In this document: positions 37,829 to 47,624 of the stretch, piece by piece | How the letters are laid out: each line of letters starts with the position of its first letter | How positions within the stretch are numbered: position 1 is the stretch's first letter | NCBI GenBank assembly: GCA_964584335.1 | Contig: CAZOZN010000001.1 | Span: forward strand, 319,830-383,829 | Length of the DNA: 64,000 nt | DNA from: an uncultured archaeon | Lineage (GTDB): Archaea > Aenigmatarchaeota > Aenigmatarchaeia > PWEA01 > JAGHBM01 | Direction of reading: 5' to 3' | Made by a program: the position numbers and the translations under genes | The notes under the pieces: generated by a model | Database searches by the model: none | What the model was told of the DNA's origin: nothing | What the model saw: the letters and a program-made list of their open reading frames with translations, nothing else

Positions 37829-39076
37829 ATGGATGTTTCCCTTGTTTTTATTATTATATCCGCCATAATAGCAATAGGCTTCTTCTCAAACTACTTCTTT
37901 AAAAAAACTAGGATTCCTGACGTAATATGGCTTATAATATTCGGAGCATTGATAGGACCGATATTCGGAGTAATAAAAACAGAATTCTTTATAAATTATC
38001 TTTCTCTTTTCTCCTCTCTTGCATTGCTTATAATACTTTTTGAAGGAGGTTCATGCATAAACATATACAAACTAATAAAAGAATCCTATTATATTTTATT
38101 TCTAACTATCCTGGGATTTGCCGGCTCAATGTTGATAGTGACAATCATAAGCCATTATTTTTTCGGTTTCCCGGTAATGATATCACTACTTCTTGGCGCA
38201 ATAGTCGGTGGCACAAGCTCGCCAATAGTAATACCACTTATACAGAACTTGACAAACCTAAAAAAAGAAGTCGGTCTCATACTTAAAATGGAATCAGTCA
38301 TATCTGACCCAATGACAATAATCGTAAGCATTGTTTTAATAGAAACCATGATATTATCACCTACTGAAATGGTTGTATACGAGATACTAAAGGGTTTAAC
38401 AAGTCTGCTTTCTATATCCCTGGTAATAGGATTCTTTGGAGGTATTGTTTGGGCAAGCTTTTGGCACAAATTTATAAAATACAAGTTCCATTACATGTTG
38501 ACGCTAGGTTTTCTTTTCCTTATTTACGTTGTAGTGGAGATTTTCGGGGGAAGTGGTGCAATAGCAGCATTTATGGTGGGCCTCGTTCTTGGAAACATGC
38601 CTAAAATAAAACAAATGTTTAAAATCAAAAAAAGCTTGACAGGACTTACAAAAGAAACAAGAGACTTCAATGCATATATAGCATTCTTTGTCAGAACTTT
38701 CTTCTTTGCTTTGATAGGAATGATAATACAAATATCAAGAATAGACCTTATACTTTACGGAATAATTATTTCTTTTGCTATACTGGGTATAAGAGCATTT
38801 ATAATAAGAATATGCACTTACAACATGCATATAACAGACAATGAAAAAAACATAATGACTCTGGTATATCCAAAGGGTCTCGCCGCAGCAGTACTTTCTT
38901 CTCTTCCATATATAGAATATAAAATAGCAGGAACAGATGTGTTTACAGAAATAGTATTCACAGTCATAGTAAGTACAGTGCTTATTTCAACTATAGGTCT
39001 CGCCATACTAGAAAAGAGGAAGAAAAAATCTGAAGGAAAAAACAAAAAAGAAAAAAATTCCAATAACAAAAATTGA
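37829..39076 (+). CDS. CPA1-type Na+/H+ antiporter
   Basis: LFEGG, TSS.IV, ESVISDP, FF..IG, PKGLAAA. Confidence 0.9.
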   Translation: MDVSLVFIIISAIIAIGFFSNYFFKKTRIPDVIWLIIFGALIGPIFGVIKTEFFINYLSLFSSLALLIILFEGGSCINIYKLIKESYYILFLTILGFAGSMLIVTIISHYFFGFPVMISLLLGAIVGGTSSPIVIPLIQNLTNLKKEVGLILKMESVISDPMTIIVSIVLIETMILSPTEMVVYEILKGLTSLLSISLVIGFFGGIVWASFWHKFIKYKFHYMLTLGFLFLIYVVVEIFGGSGAIAAFMVGLVLGNMPKIKQMFKIKKSLTGLTKETRDFNAYIAFFVRTFFFALIGMIIQISRIDLILYGIIISFAILGIRAFIIRICTYNMHITDNEKNIMTLVYPKGLAAAVLSSLPYIEYKIAGTDVFTEIVFTVIVSTVLISTIGLAILEKRKKKSEGKNKKEKNSNNKN

Positions 39077-39081
39077 TTATT

Positions 39082-40401
39082 CTAAAGACCAAACTGTTTC
39101 ATCATTTTAGGCATGCCCCTTCTGCCGGGCTTGAACATCTTCATCATTTTCCTGCTCTGTTTGTACATCTTCAAGAGCTCCCTAACATCAGATTCTTTGC
39201 ATCCAGAGCCACTTGCTATCCTTTTTATGCGCGTCCCTGTTATGATGTCGGGGTCCTTCTTTTCCTCGGGAGTCATGCTGTCTATTATAAACCGGAATTT
39301 CTTCATTTTCTCTTCCTGTACATCCATGAAATTACTAGGAAGTTTCTTGCCGAGTTTTGAGAATCCGGGTATCATCTTTGTTATCTGGGACATTGAGCCC
39401 ATTTTTTGCATCTGTTCTATTTGCTCGTAAAATTCCTCAAGAGTAAATTTTCCAGATACTATTTTCTCCGCTGTCTTGTCGGCACCAACGTCCTTAGCCT
39501 TTTCCAAAAGAGTTTTCAAATCGCCGAAACCTATAAGCCTTGAAATAAATCTTTCTGCATCAAACTTTTCCAAAGAATCAATTTTTTCTCCTGTTCCTAT
39601 AAACTTGACATTAGCGCCGGTATATGCACAGGCACTCAAAGCACCGCCACCCTTTGCGGTACCATCCATCTTGGTTATTATTACTCCCGTTATACCGACA
39701 GATTCCTGAAAACTCTTGCTCTGCTCTTCGGCTTTCTGCCCCAAATCCGCAGGTATGACAAGAATTCTTTCTTCGGGTTTTAGAATATCGTTTAACTTTT
39801 CTATTTCATTTGTCATATCTTTGTTTAAAGCATCTCTTCCTGAAGAGTCTGCTATAACCACATCGTATTTTTCTGATTTTTTTATTGATTCCTTCATAAC
39901 CTTTGAAGAATCTTTCTCTTCGGGATCTCCAAAAACAGGAACACCTATCTGCTCACCAAGTTGAACAAGCTGCTCGTATGCAGCGGGCCTGTATGTGTCA
40001 CATGCTATAAGACAAGGTTTTAGGCCCTTTCCTTTATAGAACTTCGCCAACTTACCAGCTGTAGTAGTCTTTCCTGAACCAAAAAGCCCCATCAAAAGAA
40101 TCTTGGACGGTTTTATCTCTATTTCCTCTGACTTGCCTCCAAGAAAAGAAACCAGTTCATTATAAACAATATTAACCACATGTTCTCTTTGTGTGAGCCC
40201 AGAAGGTGGTTTTTCATTAAAAGCACGTTCTTTTATTTTGTTAGTAAGCTCAAAAACAAGCCTTACATTAACATCTGACTGCAGGAGTGCTCTTTGTATT
40301 TCTCTAGTCATCTCCTCCAATACTTCCTTGTCTACAAAACCCTTTCCTGCGAGTTTTCTCATTGTATTTTTCAGTGCAGAACCCAGTTTTTCCAGTACCA
40401 T
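39082..40401 (-). CDS. srp54: Signal recognition particle protein SRP54
   Basis: GLFGSGKTTT, DTYRPAA, DSSGR, TKMDGTAKGGGALS, M domain SMTPEE. Confidence 0.97.
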   Translation of the reverse strand: MVLEKLGSALKNTMRKLAGKGFVDKEVLEEMTREIQRALLQSDVNVRLVFELTNKIKERAFNEKPPSGLTQREHVVNIVYNELVSFLGGKSEEIEIKPSKILLMGLFGSGKTTTAGKLAKFYKGKGLKPCLIACDTYRPAAYEQLVQLGEQIGVPVFGDPEEKDSSKVMKESIKKSEKYDVVIADSSGRDALNKDMTNEIEKLNDILKPEERILVIPADLGQKAEEQSKSFQESVGITGVIITKMDGTAKGGGALSACAYTGANVKFIGTGEKIDSLEKFDAERFISRLIGFGDLKTLLEKAKDVGADKTAEKIVSGKFTLEEFYEQIEQMQKMGSMSQITKMIPGFSKLGKKLPSNFMDVQEEKMKKFRFIIDSMTPEEKKDPDIITGTRIKRIASGSGCKESDVRELLKMYKQSRKMMKMFKPGRRGMPKMMKQFGL

Positions 40402-40506
40402 ATTAAATCACTGCAATTATTAGATATTTAAGGGTTATTCTTTATAAAACTAGATTTTCACTACCTATAAATGATTATTTATTTTTAACGGTACAATAAT
40501 TCTACA

Positions 40507-41469
40507 ATGATAGACATATTTTCGATTTTAGTTACAGAAAAATGCAATAGGTCATGTAAACATTGTTACGGCTCTTTTGGACCAGACCCAAAAAAGGGAA
40601 GAGAAATGCCTTTCAATAAAGTCAAAGATTATATAGACCAAATACCCAATCACAAAACAAACACTTTAGTAATAACAGGCGGTGAGCCTTTCTTATACGA
40701 AGAATTTGATAATATCATAAAATACGCAGACAATGTTCGTGATGAGAAAGGTTACCCAAGAAGAATAGAAACATCAACGAACGGTTATTGGGCAGAAAAA
40801 ATAAAACCCACTTTCAACAGGCTATTTGATTTAAAAGAAGAAGGTTTAGATTTCATAAGATTCAGTAATGAACCTTATCGGCCAAAAAAAGACCAATCAA
40901 CAGCAAGAGTTATAGGATACTTTTATGAATTATTTTCTGAGGAGGAGGAATTAAAATCTGCTCTTCCGGAAGTAGGTACAGAACCGGGCTATTTCATAAA
41001 TCCAATAGGAAGAGCAAAAAAATTACCAAAAGAAAAATGGTTCAAAAGAGAAACAGAAAAAGGAAGACAAAGCTGTAGTTTAGACGGTTGGGCTGTTCAT
41101 TTATATAAACAAAAAAATCCCGATTCTGATATTAAAGAAATACCAAAGTCTGTTTTGGCATCTCCAGACGGCATGTTTCTTTGTAATGAAGTTGCAAATG
41201 TCATAAAAATGGGAGAATATGGCGACCCTATATCTTCTGTAGAAAAAAATGTAAAAAAATTAGACAGAATTATAACTTTGTTCTGCGCTTATGGACCCAA
41301 AAAGTCGTATGAATTTTTGAGAAAAGAATTTACGGAACTTAATCTACCCGAAGCTGAACATAGCTGCATAGCATGCAATCAATTATTCAACGAAACTGAC
41401 AGAGATAAGCTAATAGAAATAAATTCAGAAAAAGAAAGAATTAAAAAAATTAAGGAAAATATGAAATAA
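40507..41469 (+). CDS. Radical SAM protein
   Basis: CNRSCKHC, TGGEPF, TNGYWA, P.GRA, extra C-terminal Cys (CIAC). Confidence 0.88.
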   Translation: MIDIFSILVTEKCNRSCKHCYGSFGPDPKKGREMPFNKVKDYIDQIPNHKTNTLVITGGEPFLYEEFDNIIKYADNVRDEKGYPRRIETSTNGYWAEKIKPTFNRLFDLKEEGLDFIRFSNEPYRPKKDQSTARVIGYFYELFSEEEELKSALPEVGTEPGYFINPIGRAKKLPKEKWFKRETEKGRQSCSLDGWAVHLYKQKNPDSDIKEIPKSVLASPDGMFLCNEVANVIKMGEYGDPISSVEKNVKKLDRIITLFCAYGPKKSYEFLRKEFTELNLPEAEHSCIACNQLFNETDRDKLIEINSEKERIKKIKENMK

Positions 41470-41470
41470 G

Positions 41471-41776
41471 CTAATCTATATCAAATTCTGAATAGAGATT
41501 TTCCTTGAGTTCGCCTAAGCAATTTCTTACGTTATTCTTGACCGCTTTCTCGTTCATGTGCCAATAATGGTCCGGAACGCTATAGGGGTCTCTTCTCTCC
41601 AGTTCAACAATACCGTAATCTTCAAGCTTTGACAAATAATCAGAAAGAGGCTTGAAAGGTATCTGTGTTATTGCTCCAAGTGTTACTCCGTCGAGTTTTC
41701 CTCCACCGTCCTTGAAAGCTTTATATATTTTCTTGAAATCATCCCCCGTAAAAATCTCTATTTTTTCTATATCCAT
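41471..41776 (-). CDS. Small wHTH-like protein
   Basis: LSDYLSKLEDYGIVE pattern typical of ArsR-like wHTH. Confidence 0.55.
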   Translation of the reverse strand: MDIEKIEIFTGDDFKKIYKAFKDGGGKLDGVTLGAITQIPFKPLSDYLSKLEDYGIVELERRDPYSVPDHYWHMNEKAVKNNVRNCLGELKENLYSEFDID

Positions 41777-42180
41777 TAAAAAACCTCAATACCCTTAATC
41801 ATTTCTTTAAGTTTTTTTCTTTCCTTCCAGTCAACTACACTTCCTCTGAAAGGAAAAGCTTCATTTTTTTGTATATCCAATTCAGGGTAATTTTGAAGGG
41901 AGTGTGCATGACCGTAAGGCTCGTAATCCTCCTCCCTGACTGGCTTGTGTGGCCAATGATCCTCTCTTACCAGAATCTTGTTTATACCCAAAACATACTC
42001 TATGTTACCCCAACTGTCGCTTGCCTCTGCCTTTATTGTAGGCAAATAATCCTTATTGTTTTTACCAAGAAGTATTCTATGATAAGAATCTAGACAATGT
42101 GTTCCCTCAAACTTGCTTATCAAAGGCTTATATCTTTCGTCAGAAACATTAACTTCAACTTCAACATTTGCTATTATCAA
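41776..42180 (-). CDS. Hypothetical protein
   Basis: 134 aa; GAGGTGGTGA SD motif; coupled to the next gene. Confidence 0.6.
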   Translation of the reverse strand: MIIANVEVEVNVSDERYKPLISKFEGTHCLDSYHRILLGKNNKDYLPTIKAEASDSWGNIEYVLGINKILVREDHWPHKPVREEDYEPYGHAHSLQNYPELDIQKNEAFPFRGSVVDWKERKKLKEMIKGIEVF

Positions 42181-42236
42181 ATCACCACCTCAATATAAGA
42201 AAACATATAATAATTATATCCGCAAAAACATTTAAG

Positions 42237-43403
42237 TTAGAACTTTTTTTTGAGTAGAGGATAAAATAAAGTGAAAAAACTTGCCAATAAAAAAGAAATT
42301 AAAAAAGGGTAAAAATCCAAAAAGAAAAACAAGAAAACAAGAGGCAATATTATTATTCTTGCCAGATTATATGTTATCTCTCTTGTAACTATAAACATAA
42401 AGTATTTTTCCTTTCTTGCTATGTCGTAAGAGGAAACAGACCAGGGAACATGAAGTATTTTTTGTGACATACTTTTGTAAGTATCAACCAAAATAACCTT
42501 TAAGGGGCTATTTACGAAAAGCCTGCCAAGCCAACCAAAAAAGTAAAATAAAGTGCCCCATCTTATCAACTTATCTTTGTTTTTGAATCTGTCAGTGAAA
42601 TTACCGATAAAATAATAAACAATTATAGAAAAAATAAAACTTATAGATACAAAAAAACCCACAGTATCGGTCTTAATAAGCAAAATAATAAGGAATATGG
42701 GCCAGAGAGTCCTTCCTATTATAGATTCTATAGCATAGCCAGTGAAGCTCATTACATTTCCGGAATGTTTTTTTTCTAAAAGATACTTCTTAACCAGAAC
42801 AAAATCTATAGGAAACTCGTTGTTCTTTTCCTTAAGAAAAAAAACGGGTATTGTTCCAAGAACAAGCAAAAAAGAGCCAATTAAAAATAAAAAATCATAG
42901 CTTGTTTCGACTATAATAATTCCCGCTATAAACGGAGCAGCTGCAGTTGCTATTGTTGTTAATATGCCTATAAGAGAAACTTCTTTGCCTTCTTTTTTCT
43001 TTTCTGAATGCTCTATGTAGTTCATATGATATCCGTAATTGAAAAATATCATATGCAATGATAGAAAAACTGGAAGCAAAAAGAACAGGTAGCTACCAAT
43101 CTCAATTATATTGAGACCCAGATAATATAAAATAAGGAAAGGTGTAGAAAGAATAATAGAATATTTTATTCCTATTCTGGAAAATATTTTAGCACCCAAA
43201 GTTGAAAATAAAACAAAATAAAAGCTTACTAAAAAATAGAAAAAAACTATGCTTGATATTTGATAACCTATTGAATACAAATAAATGGGGACAAAAATAC
43301 CTATCAGAGAAGTTGCAAAATACATTATAAAAATTGATAAGTATATGTGATTTATTTCCTTTTTAATTAAAAAATCGTGCCTTATGCCTGTATGATGAAG
43401 CAT
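42237..43403 (-). CDS. MFS transporter
   Basis: About 12 TM segments; IGNFTDRF motif; start trimmed to MLHH. Confidence 0.82.
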   Translation of the reverse strand: MLHHTGIRHDFLIKKEINHIYLSIFIMYFATSLIGIFVPIYLYSIGYQISSIVFFYFLVSFYFVLFSTLGAKIFSRIGIKYSIILSTPFLILYYLGLNIIEIGSYLFFLLPVFLSLHMIFFNYGYHMNYIEHSEKKKEGKEVSLIGILTTIATAAAPFIAGIIIVETSYDFLFLIGSFLLVLGTIPVFFLKEKNNEFPIDFVLVKKYLLEKKHSGNVMSFTGYAIESIIGRTLWPIFLIILLIKTDTVGFFVSISFIFSIIVYYFIGNFTDRFKNKDKLIRWGTLFYFFGWLGRLFVNSPLKVILVDTYKSMSQKILHVPWSVSSYDIARKEKYFMFIVTREITYNLARIIILPLVFLFFFLDFYPFLISFLLASFFTLFYPLLKKKF

Positions 43404-43443
43404 GTAGAATAATAGATTTATACTTTTAAAAATAATTCTACAC

Positions 43444-43887
43444 ATGGTAATGAAAAAAGAAGATATGGTGCTAAACACTTACTTTTTACTGGAAACCCTA
43501 AAAGAAGAGAAAGTTTGTGAAAGAGAAAGACTAAAAGAAAAAATGATGGAAAAAAGGAAAGAATTAACAAAAAAAGGGAAATTCTACCCAATAGACTTTG
43601 TTAAAGACCCGAATAACGGAAGTATAAAAAGCAACGTATTTAATGAGTTGGTTTTCATGAATAGGGGGTTGGAATATTTTGATACTGTAACAAAAAGGAT
43701 GGGATACATAAATCTTAAAGAAAGCAATCTTGAAGTTCTTGATAAAATCGAAGAAGACGGGGAATATTTTGTATTTACGAAAGAGAGTCAGGATTTTTTG
43801 GATGAATACAATCAAGAAGCAGAAAATATGCTTAAAAAATATAATAAAGAACTAAATAAAAATCAAATTAATTTCTTAAAAACTTGA
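43444..43887 (+). CDS. Hypothetical protein
   Basis: 147-aa ORF. Confidence 0.55.
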   Translation: MVMKKEDMVLNTYFLLETLKEEKVCERERLKEKMMEKRKELTKKGKFYPIDFVKDPNNGSIKSNVFNELVFMNRGLEYFDTVTKRMGYINLKESNLEVLDKIEEDGEYFVFTKESQDFLDEYNQEAENMLKKYNKELNKNQINFLKT

Positions 43888-43930
43888 TATAAAGGCCAAT
43901 TTATTTATCCATGCTATTCATATATTAATT

Positions 43931-44431
43931 ATGCGTGTCGTGGGGATAGACCTCGCTGGTTTAGAAACGAATGAGACTGGTTTCTGTATACTTGAGTTTG
44001 ACGGTAAAAAAGACAATATAAAAGTAAAAAGGCTTCTAACAGACAGGGAAATTCTAGATGAAGTAGAAGAAGAAAACCAAAAAGAGAAAATAAACTTAAT
44101 CGCTATAGACGCTCCCTTTGAATTCCCTGAAAAGGGGTATCTAAGAAAAGGTGAATTAATGCTTAAGGAGAGAGGTTTTACACCGGTATCACCTCTGTTC
44201 CCTGGAATGAAACCTCTTACGAGAAGAGGCAAAATGCTATCTGGAATACTTAAAAAAAGAGAATTTAAGGTAATAGAAGTCTTCTCAAGAGCATCAGAAA
44301 AAATATTAGGTCTCGATAAAAAAAGAGCAGCAAATAAAGATGAATATGATGCTCTTGTATGCGCTCTAACAGGAAAATCATATTTAGAAGGAAACTTTGA
44401 GGATTTGAATGGTATAATAATACCAAAGTAA
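43931..44431 (+). CDS. DUF429 RNase H-fold predicted nuclease
   Basis: VGIDLA, IAIDAP, IEVF, DAL.CAL. Confidence 0.82.
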   Translation: MRVVGIDLAGLETNETGFCILEFDGKKDNIKVKRLLTDREILDEVEEENQKEKINLIAIDAPFEFPEKGYLRKGELMLKERGFTPVSPLFPGMKPLTRRGKMLSGILKKREFKVIEVFSRASEKILGLDKKRAANKDEYDALVCALTGKSYLEGNFEDLNGIIIPK

Positions 44432-44974
44432 TCATAAATCAAAATCGTAAGCAACAGAATTATCTTTATTTCTAACTACAAAATTACCTTTGATATTTCC
44501 GGGACCAAGATTAAACAAACTCAAATCTGTTTTTATCGAATTTGTTATTCCACATTTCTTACCGACTTCAACATCCAAAACTTTAGCAAACAAATTTGGG
44601 ATTCCGTTCGACTTTTTATTGGTCTTTCTCCTGTAAGACATGCCGTCGAACAATTTAATGCACTCAATTTCCTTCGGTCTTTCCATGTCTGATTCTTCAA
44701 AAATAATGTAGCTTGCATCCTTGTGGAAAACAGAGGAATATCCGCTGGGATATTCTCCTATAGATATATTTGATGAATAAAGATTTATCAAACCGCTACC
44801 CAAAGAAATATCTCTTGATTCTCCGGGACAGCAATAAAGAGTGGCTTTAACACCTTTGCCCTGTTCAAAAGAATTAACAAAAGGTAGCTGGTCTTCATAT
44901 TTCTTAATTTCACTAATAACTTTTGAAAACTCATCTTTTTTTAAATGTTTTACAGGTTCTGTATAAAAGGACAT
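44432..44974 (-). CDS. Hypothetical protein
   Basis: ORF trimmed to the MSFY start. Confidence 0.55.
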   Translation of the reverse strand: MSFYTEPVKHLKKDEFSKVISEIKKYEDQLPFVNSFEQGKGVKATLYCCPGESRDISLGSGLINLYSSNISIGEYPSGYSSVFHKDASYIIFEESDMERPKEIECIKLFDGMSYRRKTNKKSNGIPNLFAKVLDVEVGKKCGITNSIKTDLSLFNLGPGNIKGNFVVRNKDNSVAYDFDL

Positions 44975-45097
44975 CTTATCATCGCCATTGAAAATCGTAT
45001 ACGTTATTTTTTTGTTTTTAGTAAATAAATTTATTAGTTGTTTCACTTGATAGTGATTCAAAGATTATATAAATATTTTATAGATAAAATAATAACC

Positions 45098-46255
45098 ATG
45101 CCTAAAAAAGTACTTATTAATGGAATGGGCACTGTTGGTTCTAGGGTTGGAAGACTTTTAATGAGCATGGATACTCAAGTAGTGGGAACAAAAGTTACTG
45201 CAAGAAAAGAGGATATAAAAACTCAAGAGCTTATACAGTTACAGAATGATTACAAAAACAAACTTGAAATTTATATTACAGACGGTCCCGACTATAAAAA
45301 AAGAGAAAAAGATTTTGAAACAGTTGGACTCAAAACACGGGGACCGATTAGCGAAATAGATTATGAAGAAATAGGATTCATAATAGATGCATCACCCAAG
45401 TATACTGAAGACGAGAATTACGAAAACATCTACAAAGAACTTTACAAAGAAAAAGGAATAAACTTTATGATACAGGGGGGTGGAAACGAAAAAATAATCG
45501 ATTCGCTTTATCTTAGTGCTCCTAACTGTAAGGGGGCTATAGAGTTTGAAGAACTATCCAAAAACAAGAACCTGAAACAGGTATCCTGTAACACGACGTT
45601 TGGAGGCACTGGAATAGGTAATGTTCTTGAAGTCGTGGACCCAAAATACATACATCACATAGATTCTGATTTTATAAGAAGAGAAAAGGACCCTAACACA
45701 AAAAAAGAGAAAAAACTGGAGCAGATTTATGGTCCGGAAGTAAAAACAAGAACGCATCATGCACATGATGTCGAAGAAATATCTCAACAGGGAATAAAAG
45801 GAAAATTCGAGGACAGCAAAGCTTTGAAATGCCCATGGGAACACTTCCACCTGACAGATATAAACATAAATTTTAAAAACGGTTACAAATATGATTTTGA
45901 AGAATTAAAAAAAACTTTTGAAAAATATCCGAGATGCGTGCTTTTGAAAGAAGACTTCGATGTTTCAAATATAGTAAAAAGAACCGAAGACCTTGTGCCG
46001 GACAGTGATACCTTAATACCCATGTATAGGTTGATTAAGAAAGAAAAATCAAACACACTAGAGATTATGGGTCCGAATCCACAAAGAAGCGTTGTGGGTC
46101 TTAGTGAAACAGATATGGTTGTAAAGAAAATGATAAAACCTGATGCGCCTTGGGAAGAAGTTTTTGATTACGTAAACAGAAATGTAATATGGCATGGGAA
46201 AAGTCTTGGTATATTAAAAGATAAAATAAAGTATAAGACAAGACCCGAATCATAA
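45098..46255 (+). CDS. Archaeal type II glyceraldehyde-3-phosphate dehydrogenase-like protein, divergent
   Basis: INGMGTVGSRV, QGG, catalytic VSCNTT, RR..DP, HH..DV. Confidence 0.75.
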   Translation: MPKKVLINGMGTVGSRVGRLLMSMDTQVVGTKVTARKEDIKTQELIQLQNDYKNKLEIYITDGPDYKKREKDFETVGLKTRGPISEIDYEEIGFIIDASPKYTEDENYENIYKELYKEKGINFMIQGGGNEKIIDSLYLSAPNCKGAIEFEELSKNKNLKQVSCNTTFGGTGIGNVLEVVDPKYIHHIDSDFIRREKDPNTKKEKKLEQIYGPEVKTRTHHAHDVEEISQQGIKGKFEDSKALKCPWEHFHLTDININFKNGYKYDFEELKKTFEKYPRCVLLKEDFDVSNIVKRTEDLVPDSDTLIPMYRLIKKEKSNTLEIMGPNPQRSVVGLSETDMVVKKMIKPDAPWEEVFDYVNRNVIWHGKSLGILKDKIKYKTRPES

Positions 46256-46354
46256 ATTATTTATAAAAAAATGACTCAAGTTAAAATAATGCAGCGGGAG
46301 TCGTTTTTTAATTTTTTTATTGCTTCTGTTTGCATATAAGAAGGGGGTGAAAAT

Positions 46355-46867
46355 ATGAAAGAAAAAAATATACTAATGATTATAGCTCCTGAAAATTTCA
46401 GAGATGAAGAGCTCATGGAACCAAAAGAAGTCTTTGAAAATGAAGGAGCAAAAGTCGTTATAGCATCCAAGGGAGTTGATAGCGCAAAAGGAATGTTAGG
46501 TGCTGTAGTCACAGTAGACAAGGATATAAACGAGGTAGAAGTTGAAGAATATGATGCCGTAGTTTTTGTTGGTGGTTCAGGTTCTTCGATATATTTTGAA
46601 GACGAGATTGCGCAAAAAATAGCCACAGAAGCTTATGAAAAAGAAAAAATAGTTGCAGCAATATGTATAGCACCATCTATTCTGGCAAACGCAGGATTGC
46701 TTGAAGACAAATCAGCAACTTCTTTTGAGAGTCAAAAAGAAAACCTCATAGAAAACGATGCTGATTATACTGGAAACGGAGTTGAAGCTGACGGTAGAAT
46801 AATAACAGCAAACGGCCCGGATTCTGCATTAGAATTCGGAGAAAAAATTATAGAAGCATTAAACTAA
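46355..46867 (+). CDS. DJ-1/PfpI family protein
   Basis: F.DEE, VGG.G, AAICIAP, ITANGP. Confidence 0.9.
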   Translation: MKEKNILMIIAPENFRDEELMEPKEVFENEGAKVVIASKGVDSAKGMLGAVVTVDKDINEVEVEEYDAVVFVGGSGSSIYFEDEIAQKIATEAYEKEKIVAAICIAPSILANAGLLEDKSATSFESQKENLIENDADYTGNGVEADGRIITANGPDSALEFGEKIIEALN

Positions 46868-47481
46868 TTCTGGGCCTTTTTTATTTCTTTTTCTATATTT
46901 TTTGCATCGTAACTAAATGTTTTTTCCTCTTCAGGAAATTTTCTTGAACTCCAGACATCTTCATCTACTTCATCATAACTAAAAACATCTTTATTGTAAG
47001 TTGGTTTTTTATTTTCTTTATTATTTTTGCCCAGTTCAAGATAGTTCCAAACAACATCCTTATTAATCTTCCAATAGTGTGTTCTCCATGTCCTGCCGTC
47101 GTATAGAATATTTTCTTCTCTTTCAGTATCCAGAATACCTTCTTCCTCAAGTATATAAAACAATTGCCTGTCATCTCTGTCCAAAACATTATCTATGACC
47201 CTGTCATCATAACCGAAAATGTCAAGTACAAACATGGCATCTCTTTTTGCCTTTTCTATTCCCATACCGGTACTGTTAGATATGGCACTTGAAAGTTCAT
47301 TATGAGTAATTATGTCGGTAACTTTTTTTGAATTATATTTTCTATTGTTTTGCCTTAACATTTTTTTGATTTCTTCCTTAGAAAAAAAATTATTTAGCTG
47401 ACCATAATCAGAACTATACTGAAAACTAAACTCCGGTTTTAATTCATCATCTTTATCTTTAAGAAACTTTTCATTTACCAT
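46864..47481 (-). CDS. DUF6015-like archaeal protein with extensions
   Basis: VLDIFGYDDRVIDN.L..DDRQLFYILEEEG..YDGR.WR.HYW, recognised from memory. Confidence 0.65.
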   Translation of the reverse strand: MVNEKFLKDKDDELKPEFSFQYSSDYGQLNNFFSKEEIKKMLRQNNRKYNSKKVTDIITHNELSSAISNSTGMGIEKAKRDAMFVLDIFGYDDRVIDNVLDRDDRQLFYILEEEGILDTEREENILYDGRTWRTHYWKINKDVVWNYLELGKNNKENKKPTYNKDVFSYDEVDEDVWSSRKFPEEEKTFSYDAKNIEKEIKKAQN

Positions 47482-47624
47482 TTCTAAATAAGACACACCC
47501 AATTTACGGTCTTTATAATAAATAATAACTGCCATATAAAGATATCGCAGAAAAAGCCCCAAAATTCGACAAAACAACAACTTTCAGATAATTTTTATAT
47601 AAAATATAATTTTTAGATAACTAT

